Shown here: in pieces, positions 28,928 to 38,942 of the stretch
Layout: every line of letters starts with the position of its first letter
Numbering within the stretch: the stretch's first letter is position 1
IMG/VR virus record: IMGVR_UViG_3300042946_001372
Length of the DNA stretch: 62,289 nt
Strand: one strand, 5' to 3'
Source of the DNA: an uncultured virus (IMG/VR IMGVR_UViG_3300042946_001372)
Lineage: Duplodnaviria; Heunggongvirae; Uroviricota; Caudoviricetes
Notes under the pieces: generated by a model
What the model was told of the DNA's origin: nothing
The model's database searches: none
Seen by the model: only the letters and a program-made list of their open reading frames with translations
Program-made: the position numbers and the translations under genes

Positions 28928-30436
28928 ATGTCAATTTTAAGGTCCTATATTGATAAAAATAATACCATTATTTCAAATTCTTACGTAAATACAGGAAGAA
29001 ATCCTGTAATCGAATTGAACTTTGGTGCTTCTGATTTTGTAATACCCAACTACGGATTTACAAGATTTTTATTTGATTTAGATTTATCTCTTTTAATTTC
29101 AAATATACAAAGTGGAGTAATATCTACGGGTTGTACGCCTGGTATAAGTGGTTTGACTCACACTTTGAAAATGACAAATACCTCATCATTTGATAATGAA
29201 TTATTGAATACATTCATGTCAAACGAAAGAAGAAGAGCAACTTCATTTGATTTATTTTTGTTTAGAATCCCACTTTTCAGTGGAAACACAGGTTCAACAC
29301 AACCTTGGGACGAGGGTGTAGGATATGATTATAATGATTTCAATATCAACCAAAATAGTGCTCAAGGTGGTGCGAATCCTTTGACATACGTTGACCCAAG
29401 AGCTTTCTCTACAAGACCTTCAAATTGGTACCAAACTTCGACTGTGGACAATTGGTCTGAGCCAGGAGTTTATAACAACAAAAATTTGGGTGTTGTAAAT
29501 TTTTCAGCCCTAACAATCATAGACCAACAACATTTCGAGTTCGGTAATGAGGATATAAACATGGACATGACATCTGAAATAAATGGAATTTTAGATGGAA
29601 CAATTACAGGTGTTACAGGATGGGGTATTGCATATTTTCCACAAGTTGAAAATATAACAGGTTTGACAGACAGTTATTCGGTTGCCTTTTTCTCAAGACA
29701 TACTCAAACGTTCTACCAACCTTATCTTCTTACCAACTACGACGATTACATCAAGGACGATAGAAATATCTTCCTAAAAAACCAACAAAATAAATTGTAT
29801 CTCTATGTATACCAAAACGGAGATTTGTCGAATTTAGACACGCTTCCGTTCGTTAGGATTGAAGATAGACTTGGAGTTGCTGTAAGTGGTATGGGTTCTC
29901 TAACAACTTGTTTGAGAACAAAAGGGGTATATGAGGTAATTATTCCTGATGGATTCACAGGAGCAACTCCATGTGAATACTTTGACGTTTGGTCCGGTCT
30001 AACTATAAACGGACAACCTTTACCAAATGTTACAAATCAGTTTATACTTCAACAATACAGTGCTGGTATACAAATAGGTTCACAATCAAAAGAACCTTCA
30101 ATATATGGATTTGATTTTTATGGTATCCTCCAAAATGAACAAATTTTAAATACTGATATCAGAAAGGTAGGGGTGACAATTAAAAAGGCATACACAGGGC
30201 AAGTGCTGTTAGAAAATATCTCAGCATTTTATAGGGTTTACGTAAAAGAGGGCACCACAGAAGTCCAAGTTCAAGATTGGACTCCGATAAATAGAACCCC
30301 CAACGAGTATTATTTCATATTTGATATGAGAGACAAAATACCAAATCAATATTATGTTGATATCCAAGTGAACACTTCAGGTGAGAAGGATACTTATAAG
30401 AAACAATTAACTTTTAATATAGTAAATGTAAAATGA
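28928..30436 (+). CDS. Putative structural protein
   Basis: 502-aa beta-rich ORF with TATTTAT upstream. Confidence 0.55.
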   Translation: MSILRSYIDKNNTIISNSYVNTGRNPVIELNFGASDFVIPNYGFTRFLFDLDLSLLISNIQSGVISTGCTPGISGLTHTLKMTNTSSFDNELLNTFMSNERRRATSFDLFLFRIPLFSGNTGSTQPWDEGVGYDYNDFNINQNSAQGGANPLTYVDPRAFSTRPSNWYQTSTVDNWSEPGVYNNKNLGVVNFSALTIIDQQHFEFGNEDINMDMTSEINGILDGTITGVTGWGIAYFPQVENITGLTDSYSVAFFSRHTQTFYQPYLLTNYDDYIKDDRNIFLKNQQNKLYLYVYQNGDLSNLDTLPFVRIEDRLGVAVSGMGSLTTCLRTKGVYEVIIPDGFTGATPCEYFDVWSGLTINGQPLPNVTNQFILQQYSAGIQIGSQSKEPSIYGFDFYGILQNEQILNTDIRKVGVTIKKAYTGQVLLENISAFYRVYVKEGTTEVQVQDWTPINRTPNEYYFIFDMRDKIPNQYYVDIQVNTSGEKDTYKKQLTFNIVNVK

Positions 30437-30891
30437 AACGTATAATTAAAATAACAGAAAAAGATATCACCAAGTTGGTGAAAAAAGTGATGAAAGAACA
30501 ACAGTCACCTAATTATATGTTTTTTAGTAATTTAGAACAAATTAGAAGGCAAGCCGACTTATTATTACAATTAGACCCCAATACTGTTGACGAAATTTTG
30601 ATGGCAGGACACGATTGGGCCGATGACCACATTACTGTTGCGAAGGAAAACATGGACCAGGTTTTTGATTTTATGATGAATGAAACTAAAACATCTAATT
30701 ACCCTGAGGACAATTTGAGTGAGGGGGAGAAGAAAACAGGAACAAAACTTTGTGCAAGAGGTAAAGCAGCGGCAAAGGCCAAATTCAAAGTCTATCCAAG
30801 TGCATACGCAAATGGATATGCGGTTCAGGTTTGTAAAGGTTCAATGCCAGGATTGGATGGTAAAAAACATTGTTCAGGTTCTTATTGTTAA
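30433..30891 (+). CDS. Hypothetical protein with YPSAYANG motif
   Basis: C-terminal LCARGKAAAKAKFKVYPSAYANGYAVQVCKG; N-terminal KLVKKVMKEQ helix. Confidence 0.65.
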   Translation: MKRIIKITEKDITKLVKKVMKEQQSPNYMFFSNLEQIRRQADLLLQLDPNTVDEILMAGHDWADDHITVAKENMDQVFDFMMNETKTSNYPEDNLSEGEKKTGTKLCARGKAAAKAKFKVYPSAYANGYAVQVCKGSMPGLDGKKHCSGSYC

Positions 30892-30906
30892 TTTAAAATT
30901 TTCCCA

Positions 30907-30914
30907 TATTTTTG
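30907..30914 (+). promoter_or_regulatory. Bacteroidota sigma70-type -7 element (TAnnTTTG)
   Basis: TATTTTTG lies 4 nt before the ATG at 30919. Confidence 0.45.
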
Positions 30915-30918
30915 TTTC

Positions 30919-31341
30919 ATGGAAAAGAAAATTGTCGGTTACGTACCAAAATTACTCTACAAGGTTTATCTCTATCTTCAAGAAAAATTTGACCCACATC
31001 CCGAAGTGACTTACGAGGAACAAACCTCCGTTGAGATTTGTAAGAATTTAATAAAAGAATCTGAATCTCGATTGACATTTGCTCCACGTTCATTGAAAAG
31101 GTTTATCAAAAATGATAATTTTGGAATGTTCATTGTGATACATCAAAGAACTTTATTTCTTATCAATCACGTATATAGTTACAGCGTATACATTGAAAAT
31201 TCAGATTTATATTCTGAACTCATAGAACTATTCGACTCGGAATTAGAAAACAGAAGAGAAGTTCTCGAAAAAGAAATGAGAAGTAATATTCAACATTCCT
31301 TAGAGGATATTCTTAAAAGGGTGACTAATAATTCTCTTTAA
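30919..31341 (+). CDS. Hypothetical protein
   Basis: 140-aa ORF. Confidence 0.65.
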   Translation: MEKKIVGYVPKLLYKVYLYLQEKFDPHPEVTYEEQTSVEICKNLIKESESRLTFAPRSLKRFIKNDNFGMFIVIHQRTLFLINHVYSYSVYIENSDLYSELIELFDSELENRREVLEKEMRSNIQHSLEDILKRVTNNSL

Positions 31342-32023
31342 TTATTCTCCTAATCAATCTTTCCAAAGATTCCTTTCTTGGCATATATGAAGACATCGTC
31401 GGTTTATTACCTTTACCAACTTTAGGCTCCTTTTTTTCAGCATTCCTCTTTTTCTGACAGGCAGCTCTTTTTTGGGAATCACTCATTTTTGAAGCAACAT
31501 GAACGGCTCTACATTTCGGATATGCCTTAGATGATGCATTTTTTCTACCACAAGGGGGATGTTTACCATTTTCCTTTCTACATATATTCACCCATGGACC
31601 TTTAGGTTGTTTACTTCCTTTGGGTTTTTTTTTCGTTCCGAACCACACGGCTAAATCTTCTTTGATTAGTTGTTCCTCCAAAGTTTGATTCACCAAATCA
31701 GCCACCTCAGGAGGTAAACCAGACATTGTGGGGTTCAAAGCAGACCCCTCTTCATCATTTTGTCCTGTGTAAAATTGTTTGAGATACATGTCCACCTGAG
31801 AAATTTTATCAGTTTTATTTTCGATTTCTTCTCTTTCTTCAGGTGACTCTAAATAATCACCATCCGCTTCTTCATAAGCCAATTCTGCATTATCATAATG
31901 ATAAACTTTATCCGTGAAGGGGCCCAATTGATTGTCTTTCCAAATTTGAGGTGCTAACACTACAGGTACTTTGAATTTACCCGAGCTAGCTGATGTTGTA
32001 GCCTCTTTTATTGTTTTTCTCAT
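31325..32023 (-). CDS. Hypothetical protein with basic Cys-containing C-terminal domain (WF..WV.I..PCGR..YPKCR)
   Basis: Conserved-looking viral motif; TATTTAT upstream. Confidence 0.65.
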   Translation of the reverse strand: MRKTIKEATTSASSGKFKVPVVLAPQIWKDNQLGPFTDKVYHYDNAELAYEEADGDYLESPEEREEIENKTDKISQVDMYLKQFYTGQNDEEGSALNPTMSGLPPEVADLVNQTLEEQLIKEDLAVWFGTKKKPKGSKQPKGPWVNICRKENGKHPPCGRKNASSKAYPKCRAVHVASKMSDSQKRAACQKKRNAEKKEPKVGKGNKPTMSSYMPRKESLERLIRRIIKENY

Positions 32024-32063
32024 TCCAATCGATTATTATTTATAAATATCTCAAAATTTAAAT

Positions 32064-32297
32064 ATGGAAACTAATAATCAACCAATTGGATACTTGTTTC
32101 AATCTATCGGATACAATTCTCCTATAGATTTAAGAAATTTAATAGACGATTTAACATTGGAACAATCAATTATTTTTATCACTAAATCCTTGGAATACGC
32201 ATATGAAAAAGGTGCTTTCACAATGATTGAAACTGAACTAATATCTAAATCTTTAGCGGTTTTAAACTCTGAAATTTCAAAAAAAATAATAGAATAA
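32064..32297 (+). CDS. Hypothetical protein
   Basis: 77-aa ORF ending at a bidirectional terminator. Confidence 0.6.
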   Translation: METNNQPIGYLFQSIGYNSPIDLRNLIDDLTLEQSIIFITKSLEYAYEKGAFTMIETELISKSLAVLNSEISKKIIE

Positions 32298-32323
32298 AAA
32301 AAGGGTCCCGAGGGACCCTTTTA
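32296..32323. terminator. Bidirectional intrinsic terminator downstream of the major capsid gene
   Basis: AAAAGGGTCC-CGAG-GGACCCTTTT. Confidence 0.85.
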
Positions 32324-32342
32324 TATTTTTGGTTAGACCATA

Positions 32343-34184
32343 TTATCTCAACTCTTTCAAATCGAATGTTCTAACACCATCAACTGTGATTCTACCATAG
32401 AATCTGTTGTTCACCATTTTCTTAGCATATCTAGTCATGATACCTTTGATTGGTGTGAAGTTGAATGGATTATACATTGTTGGAGTAAGTTGTAATGGTA
32501 CATATGGTGCGTAGATGTAACCTGTGTCAAGAAGCGATGTTCCTTTGTGTCCAATCAACACTTGGTTTGGTGGGAAGTAAGGGTCTCTGTAAACTTGATA
32601 TCTACCAGCGAGAGTACCTACTCTTTCAATACCCATGTTATATTGGTCCTGCTCAGGAGCCGCGTTTGATACGTGGAAATATTCCAAATCATCAAAAATT
32701 GCAGAAACCTCAGATGACACAACAATCCAGTTAGCACCACCTCTCAAAGTAGATTTGTGAATTTGTGCCGACAATTGGTTGATTGCAGTAATCAAAGTTT
32801 GATTCCAGTCTTTTTGAGTATAAGAAACAGCACCAGTACCGTTACCTAATCTCTTCCATCCGTTGTAATCCCATCTCAAGTTCCAAGCCGCACCTTTTCT
32901 GAGGTCTCTCAAGATTTCTCTGTCGATTTCAGCAGCAACTTGCTCTGACAATAAAGCTGTCAATTCAGCTTCAGCGTCAATGTTGTGGAATGCCGCGACG
33001 TCTTGTGCCATTTCAGGTGACCATTGAGCTCTCAATTTTCTTTCAGTTACAGAAACTGTCACTGACATAAGGTCGAATGAAACCTCACCAATCTTATCTT
33101 CGAATTCTAAGTTCTTATAGAGTCTATAAGTTGCTGTAAATGCGTTGTTCGAATCAGTGTTAGATGAGAATGTTGAACCTGTATAACCGTCCATAGATGG
33201 TCCACAAGTAATACATGTTGGAACTTGAAGGTCGATTTCCAAGTAAATGTTGCCATTCACATCACAAATGTTATCATACTGACCACCATCAGTTAAAGAA
33301 TTCGGGAAGTCTAACCGAGCATTGTTGTCACCGTATTCTACGATACCCTTACCATATCTTTGAGTTACTACTCTGAAAAGATAAGGACCACCACCCGCAG
33401 TAGTTGTGTTGCTAGAAACACCATAAATTGTCAAATCAGACAAGAATGCTTCTGTGTCAATTGGGTTACCATCAGGACCAATCAATTTACCAGCAGCTGC
33501 TTGTGCGAATCCACTCATGATTACAAGAACTTTTCTGAAGTTACTTGCTGAGTTACCTACAATCGGAGTAGTTGTGTTGTAATTGCTTGGTACTAAATTC
33601 AACGTAGTATTATCCCAAGCTGCTGTAACAACTGATGTAACTGCCGATGTAATTGTTGAGAATGAACCTTTTGAGTAGTCAAATAAACCTGGTGGGTCTA
33701 ATGCTGGTTCGTTACCTTCATAAAATCTATCATAAAGGTCTCTTCCATCGTTATAGTTATAACCTTTATTTGGTGAATCAGGACCATCTGGTGCTCCATA
33801 AGGTGCGTAGTGCTCTGAAAGACCTGGAAGTGATGGAGTATCACTATAGCTCTGAATGTTAGGTACAAAATAGAACAATTTACCGATTGGTAAGTTCATA
33901 GCCTGTACAGATACGATATCGTTAGCTAACAATTTAGAGAATACTCTTCTAACGATAGGGAAAACCACAGTTTCAAACGCACCTGTGTCAGATGTCGTTG
34001 AAGCTTCGTTTATCAAATAGCTAGCTTGGTTTTCATAAAGCTGCGCGATATTTTCTCTCATGTGACCTTTAAGACCCTCTAAGAATCCTAATTTGTCCCA
34101 TTTTCCGATTGTGTCTTCTTTGATAACTTTAAGGTGTTTTAACCCGATGTTACCAACAAGACCTGATTCTAATAATGCTCCCAT
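32343..34184 (-). CDS. Major capsid protein (T4 gp23-like)
   Basis: PIVRRV...VQAM..P.G..F, RKLRAQWS.E.AQD..A.H.IDAEAEL..LLSE....EIDREI, YAPYVPL, P..GIMTRY. Confidence 0.97.
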   Translation of the reverse strand: MGALLESGLVGNIGLKHLKVIKEDTIGKWDKLGFLEGLKGHMRENIAQLYENQASYLINEASTTSDTGAFETVVFPIVRRVFSKLLANDIVSVQAMNLPIGKLFYFVPNIQSYSDTPSLPGLSEHYAPYGAPDGPDSPNKGYNYNDGRDLYDRFYEGNEPALDPPGLFDYSKGSFSTITSAVTSVVTAAWDNTTLNLVPSNYNTTTPIVGNSASNFRKVLVIMSGFAQAAAGKLIGPDGNPIDTEAFLSDLTIYGVSSNTTTAGGGPYLFRVVTQRYGKGIVEYGDNNARLDFPNSLTDGGQYDNICDVNGNIYLEIDLQVPTCITCGPSMDGYTGSTFSSNTDSNNAFTATYRLYKNLEFEDKIGEVSFDLMSVTVSVTERKLRAQWSPEMAQDVAAFHNIDAEAELTALLSEQVAAEIDREILRDLRKGAAWNLRWDYNGWKRLGNGTGAVSYTQKDWNQTLITAINQLSAQIHKSTLRGGANWIVVSSEVSAIFDDLEYFHVSNAAPEQDQYNMGIERVGTLAGRYQVYRDPYFPPNQVLIGHKGTSLLDTGYIYAPYVPLQLTPTMYNPFNFTPIKGIMTRYAKKMVNNRFYGRITVDGVRTFDLKELR

Positions 34185-34215
34185 TGTAGTATTATTTTAT
34201 TTTTTTGATTTATTT

Positions 34216-35958
34216 TTAGTTTATCTTACTCATCAAATCTTTCATTCTCAAGAATTGAGGATTTTCGTAGGTTTTTGACTCTATAAGATTCACTGCTGAA
34301 CCTGAAGAAACATTCTTATTTAATTTTGTTTCAACAGCTTCAGTTATTGGTTTAGTTTCTTCAGTTGATAATTCGTCTTTGATTGCTTTATAAAGATTTT
34401 TAGATTCTTTCAAAGTTTCAACTCCGTCAAATCTTCTGAGGATGTTTATTTTTTCTTTTTTAGTTGTTGAGTGTTCAGTGAAAAGTCTAGTTGCGTATGC
34501 AAGATTTGAATTGAAGATTGCAACTTCGTTCAATTTTTCTCTAAACACATTTAATGCTTTTCTATACTCATCATTTTTTTCTCTCAACATACTAACTTCT
34601 GCTTCAAGAGATTCTACTTTCACACCATTAGAACCATACACAAAGTTTCTATTGTTGGTGATGCCTTTTCTTAGACCTCTACCTTCTTTAGAACCCATAC
34701 CGTAAGTTCTTGCCGCTTCTTTAGTTTCTCTTTTTTCGAAACCCGCGTCATCTCTACGAGACTTTTCTTTTTTAGAATGTGAACCTTTGAGATGCTTCAT
34801 AGCTGTTTTACCATGCTTCATTCCCAATTTTTCATCTTCTTTATCTTTGTATCCCTGACGACCTTCTTTGGTTTCAACTTTCTTGGATTTACCTTCCATA
34901 TTAGCACCTTTCTTGTATTCGAATTTAGCCTTACCAGTTCCCATAGTTTTAGGACCTTCTTTTTTGTCCTCTTTGAAACCACCTTTTGCAGTTGTCTTGT
35001 ATGAGAACTTTGGACCTTTACCAATTCCAACACCTTTAGGTTTTATCGCTTTCTTGTGATTGTAAGACTCCTCAATAGACTCTTCCCAATTACCCTCTTC
35101 TAAATCATCAGATTCTTCTAAATCGTCTGATTCTTCTAAATCATCAGCTTCTTCTAAATCGTCTGATTCTTCTAAATCATCAGCTTCTTCCAAATCGTCT
35201 GATTCTTCTAGGTCATCTGACTCTTCTAAATCATCAGCTTCTTCTAAATCATCCGACTCAGCCATTTCATCGGCCTCATCATCAGCTTCATCATCAGCTT
35301 CATCATCAGCTTCATCGTCATCTTCTCCTAGTTCGATTTCATACATGACTTCATCTTCCATTTCCATTTCGTCAGAATCGACGTCAACGTCCATTTCAGT
35401 TTCAGTATCATCTTCCATAGAATCTACGTCAACTTCCATTTCAGTTCCTGGTTCATCGAATAAAGTCGCCATAATGTCATCGATTGTTGCTTCTTCCATT
35501 TCTTCTTTCATAGTTTGTCTTTTGTTTTTAGACTCACCCATGTTGACTAAATACTCAACATCAGAATCATCATCAGTGATGTGTAAATTATTACCATCTT
35601 TTACTACGGTGATTGAATCCTCAGGATTCATACGTTTGAAGATTTTGAAAAGTTCGTCGTTGGGTAAACCGGTTAAATCTTGAGTTTCGGGTTCATTTTC
35701 AAAGTCGATTTCAATTTCGTCTGAAAAATCATCCATTTTATCAGTATCCATGTCCATTTCTGTGTCATCCACGTCTGTAGACATTTCAACTTCGTCGTCT
35801 TCAATCTCATCTTGTTCAGAAAGAGATTCTTTTACTAATTGGTTGATTTCTTCCTTCATAGTTGAAGCAAGTATTCCTTTTGCATTCTCGGCGATAGCCT
35901 CTTCAACATTTTTCATTTGAATGAGCGCCTCTTCTACTAAATTTTTATTTTCTTGCAT
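34216..35958 (-). CDS. Prohead core/scaffolding protein (gp22-like position)
   Basis: Highly acidic, coiled-coil, directly upstream of the capsid gene, many LxE sites. Confidence 0.75.
   Translation of the reverse strand: MQENKNLVEEALIQMKNVEEAIAENAKGILASTMKEEINQLVKESLSEQDEIEDDEVEMSTDVDDTEMDMDTDKMDDFSDEIEIDFENEPETQDLTGLPNDELFKIFKRMNPEDSITVVKDGNNLHITDDDSDVEYLVNMGESKNKRQTMKEEMEEATIDDIMATLFDEPGTEMEVDVDSMEDDTETEMDVDVDSDEMEMEDEVMYEIELGEDDDEADDEADDEADDEADEMAESDDLEEADDLEESDDLEESDDLEEADDLEESDDLEEADDLEESDDLEESDDLEEGNWEESIEESYNHKKAIKPKGVGIGKGPKFSYKTTAKGGFKEDKKEGPKTMGTGKAKFEYKKGANMEGKSKKVETKEGRQGYKDKEDEKLGMKHGKTAMKHLKGSHSKKEKSRRDDAGFEKRETKEAARTYGMGSKEGRGLRKGITNNRNFVYGSNGVKVESLEAEVSMLREKNDEYRKALNVFREKLNEVAIFNSNLAYATRLFTEHSTTKKEKINILRRFDGVETLKESKNLYKAIKDELSTEETKPITEAVETKLNKNVSSGSAVNLIESKTYENPQFLRMKDLMSKIN
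35095..35320. repeat. 18-nt coding repeat (9x [A/S]DDLEE) plus 12-nt ADDE repeats
   Basis: ttcttctaaatc(a/g)tc(a/t)g units; atcatcagcttc units. Confidence 0.9.
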
Positions 35959-36032
35959 GAGAAATTATCTAATTTTTATCTTATAAATATTACCAAATAC
36001 CAAAAAAGTTGATTTTCAACTAATAAAAAAAT

Positions 36033-36347
36033 TTAAGATATGTATTGCATACCCATATACGTGATGGTATCGACGTTAGAACCCAAAGCACTGTAGACCC
36101 AATTTTTCGTTTCGAGCCAACTTGATGATGTCACAAAAAATTCACTTCCGTCACCCATACCAATATAATACACATTAGAACCCATATTTTTGTCAATAGA
36201 TAAAGTTGTATTATATATGGACAATATAAAACCCTCTTCCGACTTTTTTGACATGACAATGTCGGCACATGAACCAAAAGAATCTGCAACTACAAGAAAA
36301 TTTTCTTGTGAAATTCCATTACTCCAATTTACTATATAGTTATTCAT
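36033..36347 (-). CDS. Small hypothetical protein
   Basis: 104-aa ORF in a four-gene cassette. Confidence 0.65.
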   Translation of the reverse strand: MNNYIVNWSNGISQENFLVVADSFGSCADIVMSKKSEEGFILSIYNTTLSIDKNMGSNVYYIGMGDGSEFFVTSSSWLETKNWVYSALGSNVDTITYMGMQYIS

Positions 36348-36351
36348 AATT

Positions 36352-36672
36352 TTATCTCAGTTCGTACCAAACATAATCTGTTTTGTTTATGGACAAAAAA
36401 TCTGTAATATCATAATTCCTTCTGAAAAATTCGAACACAGAGTCGAATGAACTTTCTGCTATATAAACGTTTTGTTTTGTTCCACCACCATCAAAATAAA
36501 TGGCATTATAAATTGACAGACCTGAGTTCATATTGAATACATTGTCAGTATTTGCGTAACTTATTTGTATATATTCTCCTGGAATCGATAGGGTGGATGA
36601 TGGACTTGCGGCATTGCATAGATAAGTGTTTTTTTTCCCGTTATTTAATTTTGTTACTAAGTAAATTGCCAT
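36352..36672 (-). CDS. Small hypothetical protein
   Basis: 106-aa ORF in a four-gene cassette. Confidence 0.65.
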   Translation of the reverse strand: MAIYLVTKLNNGKKNTYLCNAASPSSTLSIPGEYIQISYANTDNVFNMNSGLSIYNAIYFDGGGTKQNVYIAESSFDSVFEFFRRNYDITDFLSINKTDYVWYELR

Positions 36673-36677
36673 AAAAT

Positions 36678-37088
36678 TTATTTTATTGAGCCCATAAAAA
36701 TCATTGGACTATCCGATACGGTTTTCGTAACTCCAAATGCGGAAGATGCGGTTAAAGCTGCGTCATAATTTTCTGCAGCAATTATCAAATTATTTTTGAA
36801 TTTATTGGGGTCCTTTGAAGATATTCTTACACGATAGAATTTTGCTTCTCTTGGGGTTTCCCAAATTGTATATCCCCCATCAACGAATTTCATTTGTCTT
36901 ATAGAGGTCCCTTTGGCACTATAATACGCCTCAATATTTCGAATTTGTTTTGCACTATTGTAATCAGAGTTAGTATTTGTCCATACATGAGTCGTTCCAT
37001 CATCAACTACAACATTCCAATAACCCAAGGCTTGTTTACCTCCTCCTCCGTCTATTCCTGCTATAGGTCCTTCGTATATTGGTAACAT
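36678..37088 (-). CDS. Small hypothetical protein
   Basis: 136-aa ORF in a four-gene cassette. Confidence 0.65.
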   Translation of the reverse strand: MLPIYEGPIAGIDGGGGKQALGYWNVVVDDGTTHVWTNTNSDYNSAKQIRNIEAYYSAKGTSIRQMKFVDGGYTIWETPREAKFYRVRISSKDPNKFKNNLIIAAENYDAALTASSAFGVTKTVSDSPMIFMGSIK

Positions 37089-37091
37089 GGC

Positions 37092-37415
37092 TTATATATT
37101 TGTTATTTGTAAACTTGATTTACTTATTTTTATTACCTTACCAAAATTCTGTGACATATAATTATAAACGTCTTTATAATCCACACCTAAAACAACACAA
37201 CTTTTGGTGATATTATCCAAACCCACAAAGGTCACATCAAAAACCACCTGTGTTTCTAAACCTGTATCTTGAAATTCAGACAAACTAGCAAAACTCAATT
37301 CGTAAGGCCTATATATATCAAGATAATTGAAGTAGTCGTTGAAACTATTGGTATTATATAGATAATCATAATCCACACCTTCAATGTTTCCTGATGCAAC
37401 TATTCTTTTTACCAT
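37092..37415 (-). CDS. Small hypothetical protein
   Basis: ATG at 37415 follows TATTTAT (37421-37427, minus strand). Confidence 0.65.
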   Translation of the reverse strand: MVKRIVASGNIEGVDYDYLYNTNSFNDYFNYLDIYRPYELSFASLSEFQDTGLETQVVFDVTFVGLDNITKSCVVLGVDYKDVYNYMSQNFGKVIKISKSSLQITNI

Positions 37416-37432
37416 AACCAATAAATATCACC

Positions 37433-37462
37433 AAAAAAAAAAGTGGTCGTTTGACCACTTTT
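37433..37462 (-). terminator. Intrinsic terminator
   Basis: AAAGTGGTC-GTTT-GACCACTTT with a long T-run on the minus strand. Confidence 0.75.
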
Positions 37463-37673
37463 ATTTTTCTATTACTTCATCAATTTTACTCTCTGAAACT
37501 GAGGTTATTCGCCAATCATAAGAAAAAGATTGATACCTTGTTGTAACCTTGGCCTCAACATCAGTCACTGAAAAACCTTTCACCAATTTTTCTTCTCTAA
37601 TTTTTTTAATTTTCCCTGTTGTTTCGTCGGGTAATTCATATTGAATTTTTGCTACAAAATACTTTTCGTCCAT
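37461..37673 (-). CDS. DUF4494-like protein
   Basis: YFVAKIQY...GKIKKIREEKLV.G.SVTDVEAKV...ITSVSESKI resembles the Bacteroidota DUF4494 repeat. Confidence 0.6.
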   Translation of the reverse strand: MDEKYFVAKIQYELPDETTGKIKKIREEKLVKGFSVTDVEAKVTTRYQSFSYDWRITSVSESKIDEVIEK

Positions 37674-37680
37674 AGTTAAA

Positions 37681-38394
37681 TTATTTTCCTAAATAATCGG
37701 ATAATTTTTTCATCAAATCAAGTGATTTGTTTGTGGTTGGGTCTGATTTAACCTTTTTTTCTTCTTCCAAATTTTCTTCGTACTTGTGTCTGTCATTTAC
37801 ATCAGAAAACAAATAAGCACCTGGTGTTGAAGGTGAAGATACCAAATCAAAACAAATCAATTCGAAATCATCTTGAACTTCATTTCTTTCCCCGACCTTT
37901 TTCAAAGACCCTACCCCTCTTGATGAAACCCCCATAGTGACACCTTGTCTCATAAGGTTAGCTGCAACATCCCCTTTAGAGGATACTATCCCCCTCTCGT
38001 GAAACCCTGGAGTTGTCAATAATTTTAATTTTCCCATTAGAATATTTTTATCCCACCATATATCAGTGATAAGATGTGATACTCTATCTAAATCTATAAG
38101 TGAAGACTCAGGGTGATTTAATTCAGAAGTAGATAATCCTTTTTCAATTATTTTTTTATATCTATCGGATTCTCTCTTCAAAATTTTTTCTGGGTAAAAC
38201 CTACCATTTCTGTTTGGGGTGTCATACTTCTGAAGTACAGCATAAAATTCAAAAGGATTTCTATAATCCAAATTTTTAGCTTCTTTTAACATATTTGCAT
38301 TATGTTCATCTCTTGGGGAAACATAACCAGCGTCCATCTCTATTAAAATACCATGTCCTGTTTCATGTGCCTCTAAAATTCTGAGTTGTTTCAT
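37681..38394 (-). CDS. Prohead protease (T4 gp21-like)
   Basis: NRNGRFYP, ELNHP, VSHLI, GVSSRGVGS, DLVSSPSTPGA. Confidence 0.93.
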   Translation of the reverse strand: MKQLRILEAHETGHGILIEMDAGYVSPRDEHNANMLKEAKNLDYRNPFEFYAVLQKYDTPNRNGRFYPEKILKRESDRYKKIIEKGLSTSELNHPESSLIDLDRVSHLITDIWWDKNILMGKLKLLTTPGFHERGIVSSKGDVAANLMRQGVTMGVSSRGVGSLKKVGERNEVQDDFELICFDLVSSPSTPGAYLFSDVNDRHKYEENLEEEKKVKSDPTTNKSLDLMKKLSDYLGK

Positions 38395-38431
38395 TCTTCC
38401 TTTTAAAAGATAAATATATTGCTAGTATTGT

Positions 38432-38860
38432 TTAATTTTTTGATTTCGAAAAATCAAAATATTTGTTATTGGAAATATTATTAGTATAGATATTTTTTAC
38501 AATTTTTTTGATACCCTCTTTAAGAATTGGTGACTTGAATTCATAGTCCTGAGAAACGAATAAATTTACTTCCAAATTAAAAAAAGATTTTTTTCCTTTG
38601 TTTATACCACTCGTTCTTAAATCTAAATCAACGATATTTTTCTCTAAAAAAATTTCCTCAGTTATCGAATTATATACAGAGTGTTTTATTTCACGATTCA
38701 AATTACAAACAACTCTATTCCAATTATCATACTCCATTTTCGGACAAACCCAAGATTGAATGTTTATGTAGATTGACTTTAAATTTTTAGAATCCACAGT
38801 TCCGTATACTGATTTAATTGGTGTAAATAAATTTAGTTTTACACTTTTTCCTTTTTTCAT
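38432..38860 (-). CDS. Hypothetical protein
   Basis: 142-aa ORF. Confidence 0.65.
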   Translation of the reverse strand: MKKGKSVKLNLFTPIKSVYGTVDSKNLKSIYINIQSWVCPKMEYDNWNRVVCNLNREIKHSVYNSITEEIFLEKNIVDLDLRTSGINKGKKSFFNLEVNLFVSQDYEFKSPILKEGIKKIVKNIYTNNISNNKYFDFSKSKN

Positions 38861-38891
38861 TCATTTTCATATTTCATAGTTTATTTTGATA

Positions 38892-38923
38892 CAAAAGTAA
38901 CCATAAAGTTATTTATTGTCAAA
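38892..38923 (-). promoter_or_regulatory. Bacteroidota-type promoter TTTG-N20-TACTTTTG
   Basis: Exact -33/-7 consensus upstream of 38860; overlaps the opposite-strand TATTTAT of the bS21 gene. Confidence 0.6.
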
Positions 38924-38942
38924 AACACAATATATATAAAAT

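Noticed and set aside
35095..35320. Possible CRISPR or non-coding repeat
   Set aside because: In-frame 18-nt and 12-nt coding repeats within the scaffold gene
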